DNA from: an uncultured Clostridia bacterium
Lineage (GTDB): Bacteria > Bacillota > Clostridia > TANB77 > CAG-508
DNA length: 43,514 nucleotides
Assembly (NCBI GenBank): GCA_944391895.1
Contig: CALXVF010000001.1
Coordinates: 1-43,514 of the forward strand
Direction of reading: 5' to 3'
Shown here: one piece after another, positions 25,701 through 33,984 of the stretch
Layout: the number at the start of each line of letters is the position of its first letter
Position numbering within the stretch: position 1 is the first letter of the stretch
Notes under the pieces: model-generated
Told to the model about the DNA's origin: nothing
Database searches by the model: none
Seen by the model: only the letters and a program-made list of their open reading frames with translations
Position numbers and translations under genes: made by a program

Positions 25701-27887
25701 AATCTTCCATGCTCCATCATCATCAATATCCGCATCTTTCTTATTATATTCGTATTCATGTGTTTTACCATTTACTCTGACAATTGCCTTGTAAACGTCT
25801 TTTTGAAGTCCTAAATCTGCTGTATCTCTTAAATATAATCCGAAATCTACATTTCTACTTTGGTCTCTATCTTTAGTATATAGGTTATCATATCCTAGTA
25901 GTGAACCGTCTTGAGGATTGTCTATGTCTTCTAGTAAGAAAACATTTTCCTCTGGATAGTTTATTGTATATGCACTAATAAGACAATCTTGAATATATTC
26001 CCAGATATTATCTTGTTCTTGACTATCAACACCTATACTGCTAAGCTCACTCTTGAAGTCTCCTTCTATATCATTATATTCCATTGCTTGCGTATATTTA
26101 TCTATATACGTATTTTCCATAGAGTCTTTATTAGTCATATCATAGTCATTTCCATATGTAGCTAATTCCTTAAATATATCCCATGCATCACAGAATCTAA
26201 ATGCACCTTCATTTATATCTGCATTTGTTCCCGATGAGCCACTATATGATATATAGTCACCTCGTGAGTTCTTTATTTTTTCGTAAAAACTATATACTTT
26301 CTTCCAGCCACCGTCTTGATAGTTATCTGGTGATGAATCTATTGTCTCAAATTTTAGATTTAAATCTTCCCTATCACTATCTCTTTCTCTAGCTGTCGAA
26401 TATCCTCCACTTAAATCATTTTTATAATAAGTGTCTTGATATACCATTCCGTTGTATATGAATCTTACATAATATTTATGCATTGGGTTAATATTTTTGA
26501 ATCCATATGCTCCATATTGGTCTGTAGTTGTACTACTTACAAAAGTATCTGTATTTGCATCATATAATTCTACTTGAATTCCTGCAAATTTTGATTCAGC
26601 TCCATCGTTGAATCTTCCGTCCATATCACTTTCTTTTGTTAAGTCACTTAATTCTTGCCATACATATCCACCAATGTACATATCTACATCAAATCCTTGA
26701 CCAGGACTTTGTAGTGTAGACCAGTTTGGAGAACAGTCATATATTTCTACCATTGGTTGTATACGACTTGTTATTCCTGCTGCATTACCTTCATCAATTG
26801 TAATATCTCCTACAATATCTCCCATAGTAGGTCTATGATCAAAGGAACCATCATAATCAAATTCAAGATGCCATGATCTTGAGCTTTTTGAATCTGATAT
26901 ATCAACTCCTATAACTATATCTTCATATGTATAAGTATAATATGTAGAATCATCTATTCCGTCTCCATCAGAATCATAATCATGACGATGACTCACACGA
27001 GTATAATCTTCTATTTTATAACTTATATTATTAAAATCTAAGCTTTCAGGAGTATATTTATGTACTGTTGCACTCATGCTAGATATATAATCTACATCTA
27101 TTGTAAAGTCTCCTGTATAATCAATTTCTCCATCATTGTTTGGTTGAAATTGTATGTAAAATTCTTCATCATTTACAAAGTCTGGAAAGTCAATTTGGTT
27201 TCTTGAAGAATTTAGGAATATTGGATTTGTTCCATCTAATCCAGATATACCTTTAAATTCCGCAAATCTAGTAGCATCAGAATAAGCTTGATTTCCTGTT
27301 CCTATAATTTCATTATATAAAATTTGTTTTGCCTCATCGTCTCCTGCGTTTACAGTTAATTTATATGGTCCTATAGTATATGTCTTATTGTTTTGGTCAA
27401 CCATCATTTTTAAATCATTGTAAGTAATTGTAAATAATGGATTACTTCCTAGTTGAGAAAAGATTTTATAATATACTGTTCCATATTGATATGATCTAGC
27501 CTCTACTTCATCTGACATTCCTGCTGTGCTAAAAGGTGGAGAATTAGATTCAAGTACAGTTGATGGGTTGTTCCATTGCATAGAAGCCCATACTGCATTC
27601 TGTACACCTTCTGGATCATTTGCACTTATTTCACTTACCCAAGCTGCGTAAACAGATGATGGTTCTGGATCAGATATGGAACTTTCTGAAAAGTCCATAT
27701 AATCTTCACTTTCTCCATTTCCTATAAAAAGTAAAGCTTTACTCTGATCCATACAAAACAAATCATCTTCAATCTCATATGCTTGAGATTCATATGGGAA
27801 TGTTCTAGCACTTACAGTTCCCTGAAACACCAACAATGCTATTATACTAATAAACAAAATTATTAATTTTTTATATATTTTTCTCAT
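22704..27887 (-). CDS. Giant (1727 aa) LPXTG-anchored surface protein with SdrD-B/Cna-B-like repeats, acidic Ca-binding-type motifs and an N-terminal thioester-domain-like motif pair
   Basis: Signal peptide; C-terminal LPPTG, hydrophobic segment and RKKVLKNK tail; GYVFEDNRTEASGKAAVGNGRYDSGEAKINGVTVQL and GGYVWQEL...FAGIQVELYD (SdrD B-like); DSDGDGIDD and DNDGDLIIDDD; N-terminal LFCMD and VQNAVW. Confidence 0.8.
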   Translation of the reverse strand: MRKIYKKLIILFISIIALLVFQGTVSARTFPYESQAYEIEDDLFCMDQSKALLFIGNGESEDYMDFSESSISDPEPSSVYAAWVSEISANDPEGVQNAVWASMQWNNPSTVLESNSPPFSTAGMSDEVEARSYQYGTVYYKIFSQLGSNPLFTITYNDLKMMVDQNNKTYTIGPYKLTVNAGDDEAKQILYNEIIGTGNQAYSDATRFAEFKGISGLDGTNPIFLNSSRNQIDFPDFVNDEEFYIQFQPNNDGEIDYTGDFTIDVDYISSMSATVHKYTPESLDFNNISYKIEDYTRVSHRHDYDSDGDGIDDSTYYTYTYEDIVIGVDISDSKSSRSWHLEFDYDGSFDHRPTMGDIVGDITIDEGNAAGITSRIQPMVEIYDCSPNWSTLQSPGQGFDVDMYIGGYVWQELSDLTKESDMDGRFNDGAESKFAGIQVELYDANTDTFVSSTTTDQYGAYGFKNINPMHKYYVRFIYNGMVYQDTYYKNDLSGGYSTARERDSDREDLNLKFETIDSSPDNYQDGGWKKVYSFYEKIKNSRGDYISYSGSSGTNADINEGAFRFCDAWDIFKELATYGNDYDMTNKDSMENTYIDKYTQAMEYNDIEGDFKSELSSIGVDSQEQDNIWEYIQDCLISAYTINYPEENVFLLEDIDNPQDGSLLGYDNLYTKDRDQSRNVDFGLYLRDTADLGLQKDVYKAIVRVNGKTHEYEYNKKDADIDDDGAWKISVRAADYLYNGDYRYTREIRKSEYLYDGSIYGANGGTDAKDLQVYVTYRIAVRNQSASYDTIVNEIVDYYDSNEYEFDENNPIISENTYVGDRAGDRIGDLDVSTSTTLSNGRGDTTLTNYYEPLYLSGITDENGNEALPTNGGMAFVYLTLKVKTHTDENGMDGRVQMDVNVSSGAEKGVGKRNIAEINGYSTYYKDGATIPDELDSGDSTIDEDVGGDVAGVIDLDSSVGNLSDDDIDNDGDLIIDDDPVSNRTEDDTDKAPNIKLVFPQSDADERTFTGYVFEDNRTEASGKAAVGNGRYDSGEAKINGVTVQLVELVQEVDASDAGSPTGNYLGEYVWYAKRYENGNWVDVDSSSSSGSRRYYSGQIGTVAPIITGPGATAVGGYDITEEGQYAFKAIPAGDFFIRFIYGDTTQTTLTTSAGEGSEVVSLLTSNGITTDVNGEQGFISTEGLNAKSYNGQDYKSTTYQAGVSQTGSYNGVDAYTRYDEQNYNITINENQSPVNGSSSKYQISKYIDREATNVDGTEKNVMYYYNIGESATQSGVSDAKDVGNIRDSSNNYSSGKTDIDGETHQTLVNSRAEVLAAGLKVNSNNNANDQVSMIKELMDNTAMTSQTGVINTEIEYNRTETGDQGDNNGMSYVIDDIDLGLAERPVAQLNMDKEVTNMRITLADGTILFDTGHSVTNVSYAEHTGHIADYLGVPDENNGPAYRLIGVTMGANSESTPELITTYMDEELMYGARIELIYTFTVTNIGEVDYMDNQFYYTGVSNAPNDLNNVSTSRADTVVDYVSNNLQFLPTNSNNSTWSIRTVDDLIKNTNTGTNIGDNTNLVSTKFTDTLRTYNALTTTKALGDTNLYPETFGSGTANVSTQMMLSSTLTPDSGDDSMVYNNLAEMVQVSNDQGRRMKFSIVGNQAMANQSLGVGDPANPDEGIYTKSDLVTPEEPDADSSQQVLILPPTGANRNYVMWIVIGLVIAVLIGGSIFLIRKKVLKNK

Positions 27888-27901
27888 ATTCTCCCTCCCT
27901 T

Positions 27902-30900
27902 CTATATTTTATTTAGGACTCTTTTTTTGATAATCCATACTGCTACGCCTATAATAGCAAGTACTCCTATGGTAATTCCGATAAAAGAAGCTACTTCTCT
28001 ACCAGTTCCTAGTGTGATTAATAAGTCCGCATAAGAAATATCATCTTCACCATCTTGTTTATTTCCTGCTGTAGAGTCTCTATCTTCTAATCCATATTCA
28101 TTATATGATTTACTTATTTCTACTAAATTATGTACTGTTCCTGTATTTTCTCCAGTCATCTTTCTGGTTAATACTAAAGTTACTGTTTTGCTCTCTCCTG
28201 GGTTTATAATCGTATTAGCCAAGCTTGTTGTATAAAGGTTTCCATCACTAGCCATATACCAGTTATTATTTAATTCAGAACTAAATGCCATTCCTTCTGG
28301 TAAATAATCAACTATTTCTTCTGCATATCCTGGAATTTCACCTTCATTTGTAACTGTTATATTGTATTCTACAAGTACAGTTGTATCTTCAATTCTTGTA
28401 TTATATAAATCAATCTTTCCAAAAGAATCATTAACTTCTTGTACAATTGTTTCTATATTAGGATTTGTTGCTGTTACTCTTGAAATTGTTTTGTCAATAC
28501 TTAAATCAAAGTTTCTTATTCTTGATAATCCTAAGTCTAAATTATAGAAATTGCTATTAGTAATTGTAAAGTTATCTGTTGCGGCAACTTCTTTCCCATC
28601 TAGAGTTGCATTTACAAAATCTGAATTTTCAGATTCTGAAATTCCTTCTGCATGATAAACTGTTACTCTATATATACTTGTATCAAATTCTGCTACAACA
28701 TTATATTGTCCAGGTTTTACATTATTAAATGTATATCTTCCATCTTCTCCAGTTGTCATTACTAAATCATTTCCTGAAACGTCTTTTGCTATTGCTCCAG
28801 TAGTAGAATCATATAACATAACTCTTATATTAGCAAATCTAGGTTCTTCTGAACTTCTTCTTCCATCATTATTATCATCAATCCATACATTACCTGTAAC
28901 TCTATATGTACCATCTATTGAAGGTTCATCTGACCCACCTTGCTCATAGTCTCCAGTTCCTTGGATTCTTACACTTACAGAGTTAATTGAAACTTCATCT
29001 CCATCTACTATTTGTAATGTTGGTTTATTTTCCACTGTAGTTTCTTGTCCTTGTGCAATAGTATTTGCTCTTGCTCTAATCGTAGCTCTAGCATTTTCTC
29101 CTGCTTTCAAAGTGAAGTTAGTTTTTATGAATCCACCTGTTGAACTTGCAACTTCTTGTCCATTAACAACTAATCTATAATTAGCAAGTCTTAAGCCACT
29201 TGGAAGAGTATCTACAAATGTTAATCTAACATCAGTATCTCCTCTATTTTCAATATCTACATAAAACTCAAGTTGGTCTGTATCTAGCATTGTTCCATCA
29301 GGAAGATTTGTTGACTGTTCTGTATAAATATCTACTTTTGAAGAATAGTATGAAATAGAATTAGAAAATTCTTCTTGTCCGCCATCATAAGTTGCACTAG
29401 CAACTACACTAGCATCATTTGAAAGCTCTCCTGAAACTCTAGCATAGAACTGAATACGTACTGTTCTTAAAGAACTAAGTTGTCCAATTGGATAGCTTAA
29501 TATGTTAGTTTCTCTATTATAGTATTCCTCATACTCTGTTCCATAGTATTCCATTCCTTGAGGAAGTTTTAAATTAAGTACTACATTATTTTTTTCATCT
29601 CTATTTACATTTTCTAAAGTCGCATAGAATGAGAAAACATCACCTGTTGATACTTTTCCTTCTACATCTGCAATTAAACTTAATCTTAATGTTCCTTTTG
29701 TATTATGGAATGAATATTCTAATACTTGTTCAGGTGTTTGATCTGACACAACTTTAAAACTTGTTAGTGTTTGATATGGGTCTTCTGTTTCTTCCGTTTC
29801 TTCTGTATCATCAATTATTTCAATATTTCCTACATTAAATTCAAGTTCTTTCTCTTCTCCAGCTCCTAAACTTTCTATTGTTTGAACCTGTTCTGTAAGT
29901 TCATAGTTTAATACATAACTTCCTGGTCCTCCTGTAGAACCTTCTTGGTAAACTAATGCTGCTAATTCGTCTGGCATTGTTTGAGTTACTTTTACATTTG
30001 TTGCTGGAACATCAGCATTATTTTTTACTTTTACTCTAAATTTGATATATTGTCCTTCTTTAATATCTGCTCCATTTGCTATTTGAGCTCCTGTATTAAA
30101 ATCATAAGCTGTAATTTCTGCTGTAACATCTGGTTCTAATCCTGTTGTAATTCCAACTGGTGTTGCTGCAACAACATTTTGGTTTGTTCCTTCTGCTGCA
30201 TCATTATCATAATATATCCCAAAATTTGATTTTACTGTATTGTTGTATTGTAAGTTTGCTGGAACTGTTACATTATAATTTAAGTTAAATCTTGTTGTAT
30301 TTGTCATAGCTCCATCTAATACTATCAAATAAGATTTTGCATCTGCTGTATAATCATTTGTCCATCCATTACTTGAATTTTGTAAATCAGCATCTGCATT
30401 TCCATTAGTAGAATAATATATAGTTCCTGTTATTCCGTCTAAAGTAATTCCACTTGCTAATTTTGTATCAAAATTGCTTCCTAGGTTTTCATTAGTTCCA
30501 ACTTTTGTATTTCCTGAGAAAGGAATTCTTCCTAATACCTTAACTCCTGTTGCATCATTTCCTAGGTTATTAACTATTGTTCCTGTTACTTGCATTGTTT
30601 TTTCTGAAGAATTTGCTGCTATTCTTCCAATTTCTTCGTTTCCTTCTTGTGAAGTAACTTTTTCATCTCCATTATATCCAGTTAAAGAATTTATTGTAAC
30701 AAATCCTGTAGGTGCAACAACATTTACAGGAGCTTGTACAGAGTTTGTAGCTGCTTCTCTTTGAACTGAATAATTATTTTGATTTGTATAATCTAATGTA
30801 ATATTTGTTTCTTTACTTGGTGCTAAATTATCTAAAGTTAAATCAACTACTAAACGGATTACTGTTCCTTTAGATACAGATTGAGTTGCATATTTTGTTT

Positions 30901-32722
30901 GTAATCCATTTAAAGATAAGTATATAGTATTTCCTTCTACTCTAAATTCATTTTGTGTTAATTCTTCTTCATATAATAATTTTGCATCTTTTAATTCAAT
31001 ATTTGTTACCTCTTCAGGTAATCTAATCATTATTTCTGGATTTTGATATAAAGCATCTGTTATATCATCTCTTTCTAGTGTTGCTGTGATAATAACATCT
31101 TCATTTTCTACTACTGTAGAAAGGTTATTGTTGCTAATTTCAATACTTGCTTTTGATGTAGGTTCTTCTAATGTAATTGTTTTAGTAGCTTCTTGATTTA
31201 TTAATATTCTTGAAGTCATACTTGTAAAGCTTTGAATTTCTTCTTTTGAAAGATTTAATTCACCTGAGATTGCTTTATCTGCATGAATTGTTATATCTCC
31301 TTCAGATACTGGTTTGCTAAATTCAAAAGTAATTTTTGAAGAATTTACATCTAATTCTAATTTATCTTTATTTAGAGTTCCTATTAATGTTCCATCTTCT
31401 TTTAAAACATTAATGCTACCTGATTCTCCAAGTACTTTTATAAGTTCTTCTTGTGAAACACTAATTTTTTTAGTGTATACAGAATTACTTATATTTTGTT
31501 CATTAAATAATTCTCCTAAATCTTTTACAGTTACCTTATCTAATGCTTCAGCTAAACCAATATTTATTTTGTAATCTTCAGAAAATTCTGTTTCTTTCTT
31601 TCCTTCACTAGTATTTATGTTATTATACATATACCCTTTATTTAGAGTTTCTACATTACTTGTAATTTCTGCTGTTACAATATCTCCAATTTTTCCATCT
31701 ATTGTATAATCATTTTCTTGTGTTTCATTTGTAAAGCTCATACCATTTATTAATGTAGTATTTGCTGTCACTTTTGATGTAACTGTTGTAGCTTCTTCAT
31801 TCATGTTTACATCATATAAATATGTAATAACAAATCTATCTGCTAGTTCTTTATTCCAAGCAATTTTTCCTTCTTCATCTTCTGGATTATTTACTTTAAT
31901 TGTAATTGTTCCAGTATTTTCATCATAGGTCCAATTTTCATTTGAAAAGGCTGTTCCGTCTAATACTCCATTTGTATTAGCTGTATCTATTGCATTTATA
32001 ATTATTTTAGAAGGTTTATTTCCAGACAACTCTGGAACAGTAACCAATAATTCCTTAGAATCAATTGGCATTTTCGCATCTTTTAATTTATCACTTAGAA
32101 TAACACTTAACATTGTTTGATTATTATATGTTAAATAACGAATAACACTTTGAGATGTTTCACTAGATAAAGAATTTTCATCTACTGTCCAAGATAAGTT
32201 TTGTACTAATTCTTTTTCTACTTTTCTTTCTTTGTTATCTTCATTAACATATGTTGCTTCTAATATAACCTTACTTTCTCTACCCCAAGTATCTTTAGAT
32301 ATATTGTCTTGCTTATCTAAAGTAATTGGAATTGCTAAGTCGATAGTTTGTCCTGCACTAATCATATTTAGTTCTACTCTATCTTGAGAAATACTTTTTA
32401 TTCTCTCATCTTCTATTCCGTCAGTTTTTAAAATATAATTATTGTTTTCTAGTCTAATAACTATATCTTTTAAATATCCTGTATTCTCAACACTTGTAGA
32501 AAGATAAAGTTTATTTGCATCAGAATCAATATTTGCTGTATACGAATATTGATCATGAGAACTATCATCTCCTATTGTTGCATTAAATTTTACATTTTCT
32601 TGGTTTGTGTTGTTATTTTGTTCTAAAAGATTAGCTGCATAAACCCCAGTTGTAATAAACTGAGTTCCTAACAACAACATAACAAGCAAAATAGCAAAGA
32701 TTTTGTTAGTTATTCTTTTCAT
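27902..32722 (-). CDS. Giant (1606 aa) surface protein with DUF11/Cna-B-like repeats and a variant C-terminal sorting signal
   Basis: Signal peptide; TGNVWIDDNNDGRRSSEEPRFANIRVMLYD...GRYTFNNVKPGQYNV (SdrD B-like); VTVTNEGEIPGYAEEIVDYLPEGMAF (DUF11-like). The C-terminus has TLGTG, a hydrophobic segment and a KKRVLNKI tail. Confidence 0.75.
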   Translation of the reverse strand: MKRITNKIFAILLVMLLLGTQFITTGVYAANLLEQNNNTNQENVKFNATIGDDSSHDQYSYTANIDSDANKLYLSTSVENTGYLKDIVIRLENNNYILKTDGIEDERIKSISQDRVELNMISAGQTIDLAIPITLDKQDNISKDTWGRESKVILEATYVNEDNKERKVEKELVQNLSWTVDENSLSSETSQSVIRYLTYNNQTMLSVILSDKLKDAKMPIDSKELLVTVPELSGNKPSKIIINAIDTANTNGVLDGTAFSNENWTYDENTGTITIKVNNPEDEEGKIAWNKELADRFVITYLYDVNMNEEATTVTSKVTANTTLINGMSFTNETQENDYTIDGKIGDIVTAEITSNVETLNKGYMYNNINTSEGKKETEFSEDYKINIGLAEALDKVTVKDLGELFNEQNISNSVYTKKISVSQEELIKVLGESGSINVLKEDGTLIGTLNKDKLELDVNSSKITFEFSKPVSEGDITIHADKAISGELNLSKEEIQSFTSMTSRILINQEATKTITLEEPTSKASIEISNNNLSTVVENEDVIITATLERDDITDALYQNPEIMIRLPEEVTNIELKDAKLLYEEELTQNEFRVEGNTIYLSLNGLQTKYATQSVSKGTVIRLVVDLTLDNLAPSKETNITLDYTNQNNYSVQREAATNSVQAPVNVVAPTGFVTINSLTGYNGDEKVTSQEGNEEIGRIAANSSEKTMQVTGTIVNNLGNDATGVKVLGRIPFSGNTKVGTNENLGSNFDTKLASGITLDGITGTIYYSTNGNADADLQNSSNGWTNDYTADAKSYLIVLDGAMTNTTRFNLNYNVTVPANLQYNNTVKSNFGIYYDNDAAEGTNQNVVAATPVGITTGLEPDVTAEITAYDFNTGAQIANGADIKEGQYIKFRVKVKNNADVPATNVKVTQTMPDELAALVYQEGSTGGPGSYVLNYELTEQVQTIESLGAGEEKELEFNVGNIEIIDDTEETEETEDPYQTLTSFKVVSDQTPEQVLEYSFHNTKGTLRLSLIADVEGKVSTGDVFSFYATLENVNRDEKNNVVLNLKLPQGMEYYGTEYEEYYNRETNILSYPIGQLSSLRTVRIQFYARVSGELSNDASVVASATYDGGQEEFSNSISYYSSKVDIYTEQSTNLPDGTMLDTDQLEFYVDIENRGDTDVRLTFVDTLPSGLRLANYRLVVNGQEVASSTGGFIKTNFTLKAGENARATIRARANTIAQGQETTVENKPTLQIVDGDEVSINSVSVRIQGTGDYEQGGSDEPSIDGTYRVTGNVWIDDNNDGRRSSEEPRFANIRVMLYDSTTGAIAKDVSGNDLVMTTGEDGRYTFNNVKPGQYNVVAEFDTSIYRVTVYHAEGISESENSDFVNATLDGKEVAATDNFTITNSNFYNLDLGLSRIRNFDLSIDKTISRVTATNPNIETIVQEVNDSFGKIDLYNTRIEDTTVLVEYNITVTNEGEIPGYAEEIVDYLPEGMAFSSELNNNWYMASDGNLYTTSLANTIINPGESKTVTLVLTRKMTGENTGTVHNLVEISKSYNEYGLEDRDSTAGNKQDGEDDISYADLLITLGTGREVASFIGITIGVLAIIGVAVWIIKKRVLNKI

Positions 32723-32758
32723 TTTAACCTCCTAATTTTCTTGAATTAACATAACTTA

Positions 32759-32787
32759 ATTATATATTATTTTAAGCTAAAATTCAA
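32759..32787 (-). promoter_or_regulatory. Sigma-A-type promoter candidate for the surface-protein operon
   Basis: Minus sense reads TTGAAT (32787..32782), a 17-nt spacer, then TATAAT (32764..32759), about 37 nt upstream of the ATG at 32722. The AT-rich context makes chance matches likely. Confidence 0.35.
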
Positions 32788-33068
32788 GGCTTTTATTGCT
32801 TTTTTTGACATTTTGCCATATCAAATAAAGCCAATTCGAGCTAATGTTTTTTATATATTAAACCTATAATTAAATAAGTTCAATATCTAATCTGGTTTTT
32901 TAGGCTTTTTCATGACTTTTTAATATACGGAAATTGAATTATCCGCTCTTTTATTAAATTTTCTTTACAAAAGTGTAACAAAATTAAAGTAAGTGAATAT
33001 AATATTATAGTCAGATAATAAGTTTGCGTAAGCAATTCTTAATGTAATATTTTGTGGAGGATATGGTT

Positions 33069-33653
33069 ATGAATAATGATGATATGAATAATATGATAAA
33101 AAAAGCTCAGGAGATGATTCAAAATAATCAAATACCTGATGAATTAAAAAATATGGTGGCAAATATGCAAAAGAACAGTGTAAATACTAATAATTCTAAT
33201 AATAATTATACTCAAAGCTCTAATTATAATAGAAATAATAGTTCAAATTATTCTAATAAGCAAGATTACAATAAATATTCAAATACCTATTCTCAAAGAA
33301 ACAGTTATCAATCAAATAATACTGTTAACAATCAATCAAACAATTCTACAAATAATATTGATTTAAACAATATTAGTGAATTATTAAAAAATTTTCAAAT
33401 GAATTCTAATAATGGTTCTAATAATAATAATCAAGACTTTCCAAATATAGATGTTGAAACTATGATGAGAATCCAAAATATCATGAGTAAAATGAAGTCT
33501 GCGGATAGCAATGATGATATGTCTAAATTATTGATTTCACTTAAGCCTTACCTTCGTGATGAGAAGAAAGGTAAAATTGATGAATATATAAAATTAATTA
33601 GAATGGGAAAAATGACCCAAATGTTTGAATCTTTTGGTGGTGATAAAAAGTGA
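33069..33653 (+). CDS. Asn/Ser/Gln-rich low-complexity protein with a conserved-looking C-terminal helical segment
   Basis: ATG at 33069, 8 nt after GGAGG. The central ~90 aa are N/S/Q/Y-rich (NSNNNYTQSSNYNRNNSSNYSNKQDYNKYSNTYSQRNSYQSNN...). The C-terminus reads LLISLKPYLRDEKKGKIDEYIKLIRMGKM. Confidence 0.55.
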   Translation: MNNDDMNNMIKKAQEMIQNNQIPDELKNMVANMQKNSVNTNNSNNNYTQSSNYNRNNSSNYSNKQDYNKYSNTYSQRNSYQSNNTVNNQSNNSTNNIDLNNISELLKNFQMNSNNGSNNNNQDFPNIDVETMMRIQNIMSKMKSADSNDDMSKLLISLKPYLRDEKKGKIDEYIKLIRMGKMTQMFESFGGDKK

Positions 33654-33811
33654 ACTTATTTCCAGTAGAAGAGGATGGAATTATTGATATTTTTGGTTTT
33701 AAACTCCATACAGACGATTTAATAATTATTCTTGTCCTCTTCATATTATATAAGGAAGATGTAAAAGATAAGTTTCTTTTTATCGCTCTTATTTTATTAC
33801 TATTAAGCTGA
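33650..33811 (+). CDS. Possible 53-aa small membrane protein, translationally coupled (GTGA overlap)
   Basis: A GTG overlaps the upstream TGA. Own translation: VNLFPVEEDGIIDIFGFKLHTDDLIIILVLFILYKEDVKDKFLFIALILLLLS*. It has two hydrophobic stretches. It falls below the length of any ORF in the supplied track. Confidence 0.3.
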   Translation: MNLFPVEEDGIIDIFGFKLHTDDLIIILVLFILYKEDVKDKFLFIALILLLLS

Positions 33812-33956
33812 TTTTTTGTACATCTTTCCTGAATAAATAAAATATGGTTTTAAATTCTCGGTGCAGGGACGCACCTTCAGGTTCACTCAGGCTGCGCCAT
33901 TCGCTCTCCTTGAATTTAAAACCATATTTTATTATTCAGTAGATATAGTAAAAAAT
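33811..33956. repeat. Copy B of the GC-core element nested in a long AT-rich hairpin; fills the convergent spacer upstream of the minC 3' end
   Basis: A perfect 21-bp stem joins 33837-33857 to 33912-33932, extended outward by 1+6 bp across a one-base bulge and then a further 7-bp A/T segment. The core at 33858-33911 holds the box (minus sense GCGCAGCCTGAG, 33897..33886) and the GGTGC-agggac-GCACC hairpin (33860-33875). Confidence 0.6.
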
Positions 33957-33984
33957 ATAATAAGTACTTAAAATAAAGCACTTA

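Noticed and set aside
1633-31574. Plus-strand ORFs in the supplied track that lie inside minus-strand genes: 1633..1830, 1984..2397, 3874..4080, 5087..5566, 5759..5953, 7229..7447, 10100..10438, 12663..13022, 13458..13658, 14063..14260, 14728..14973, 15513..15698, 16552..16740, 17002..17223, 18122..18325, 18519..18710, 19070..19261, 19730..20029, 21101..21478, 21611..22015, 22250..22444, 24447..24629, 24904..25116, 26201..26392, 28362..28547, 30474..30764, 31314..31574. The same applies to 34016..34264, 35281..35490, 36529..36720 and 41725..41985.
   Set aside because: All lie wholly or largely antisense to long ORFs that have clear family motifs. Their translations are F/L/I/S-rich low-complexity shadows, as expected from antisense reading of AT-rich genes. 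None has a Shine-Dalgarno sequence or a recognisable motif.
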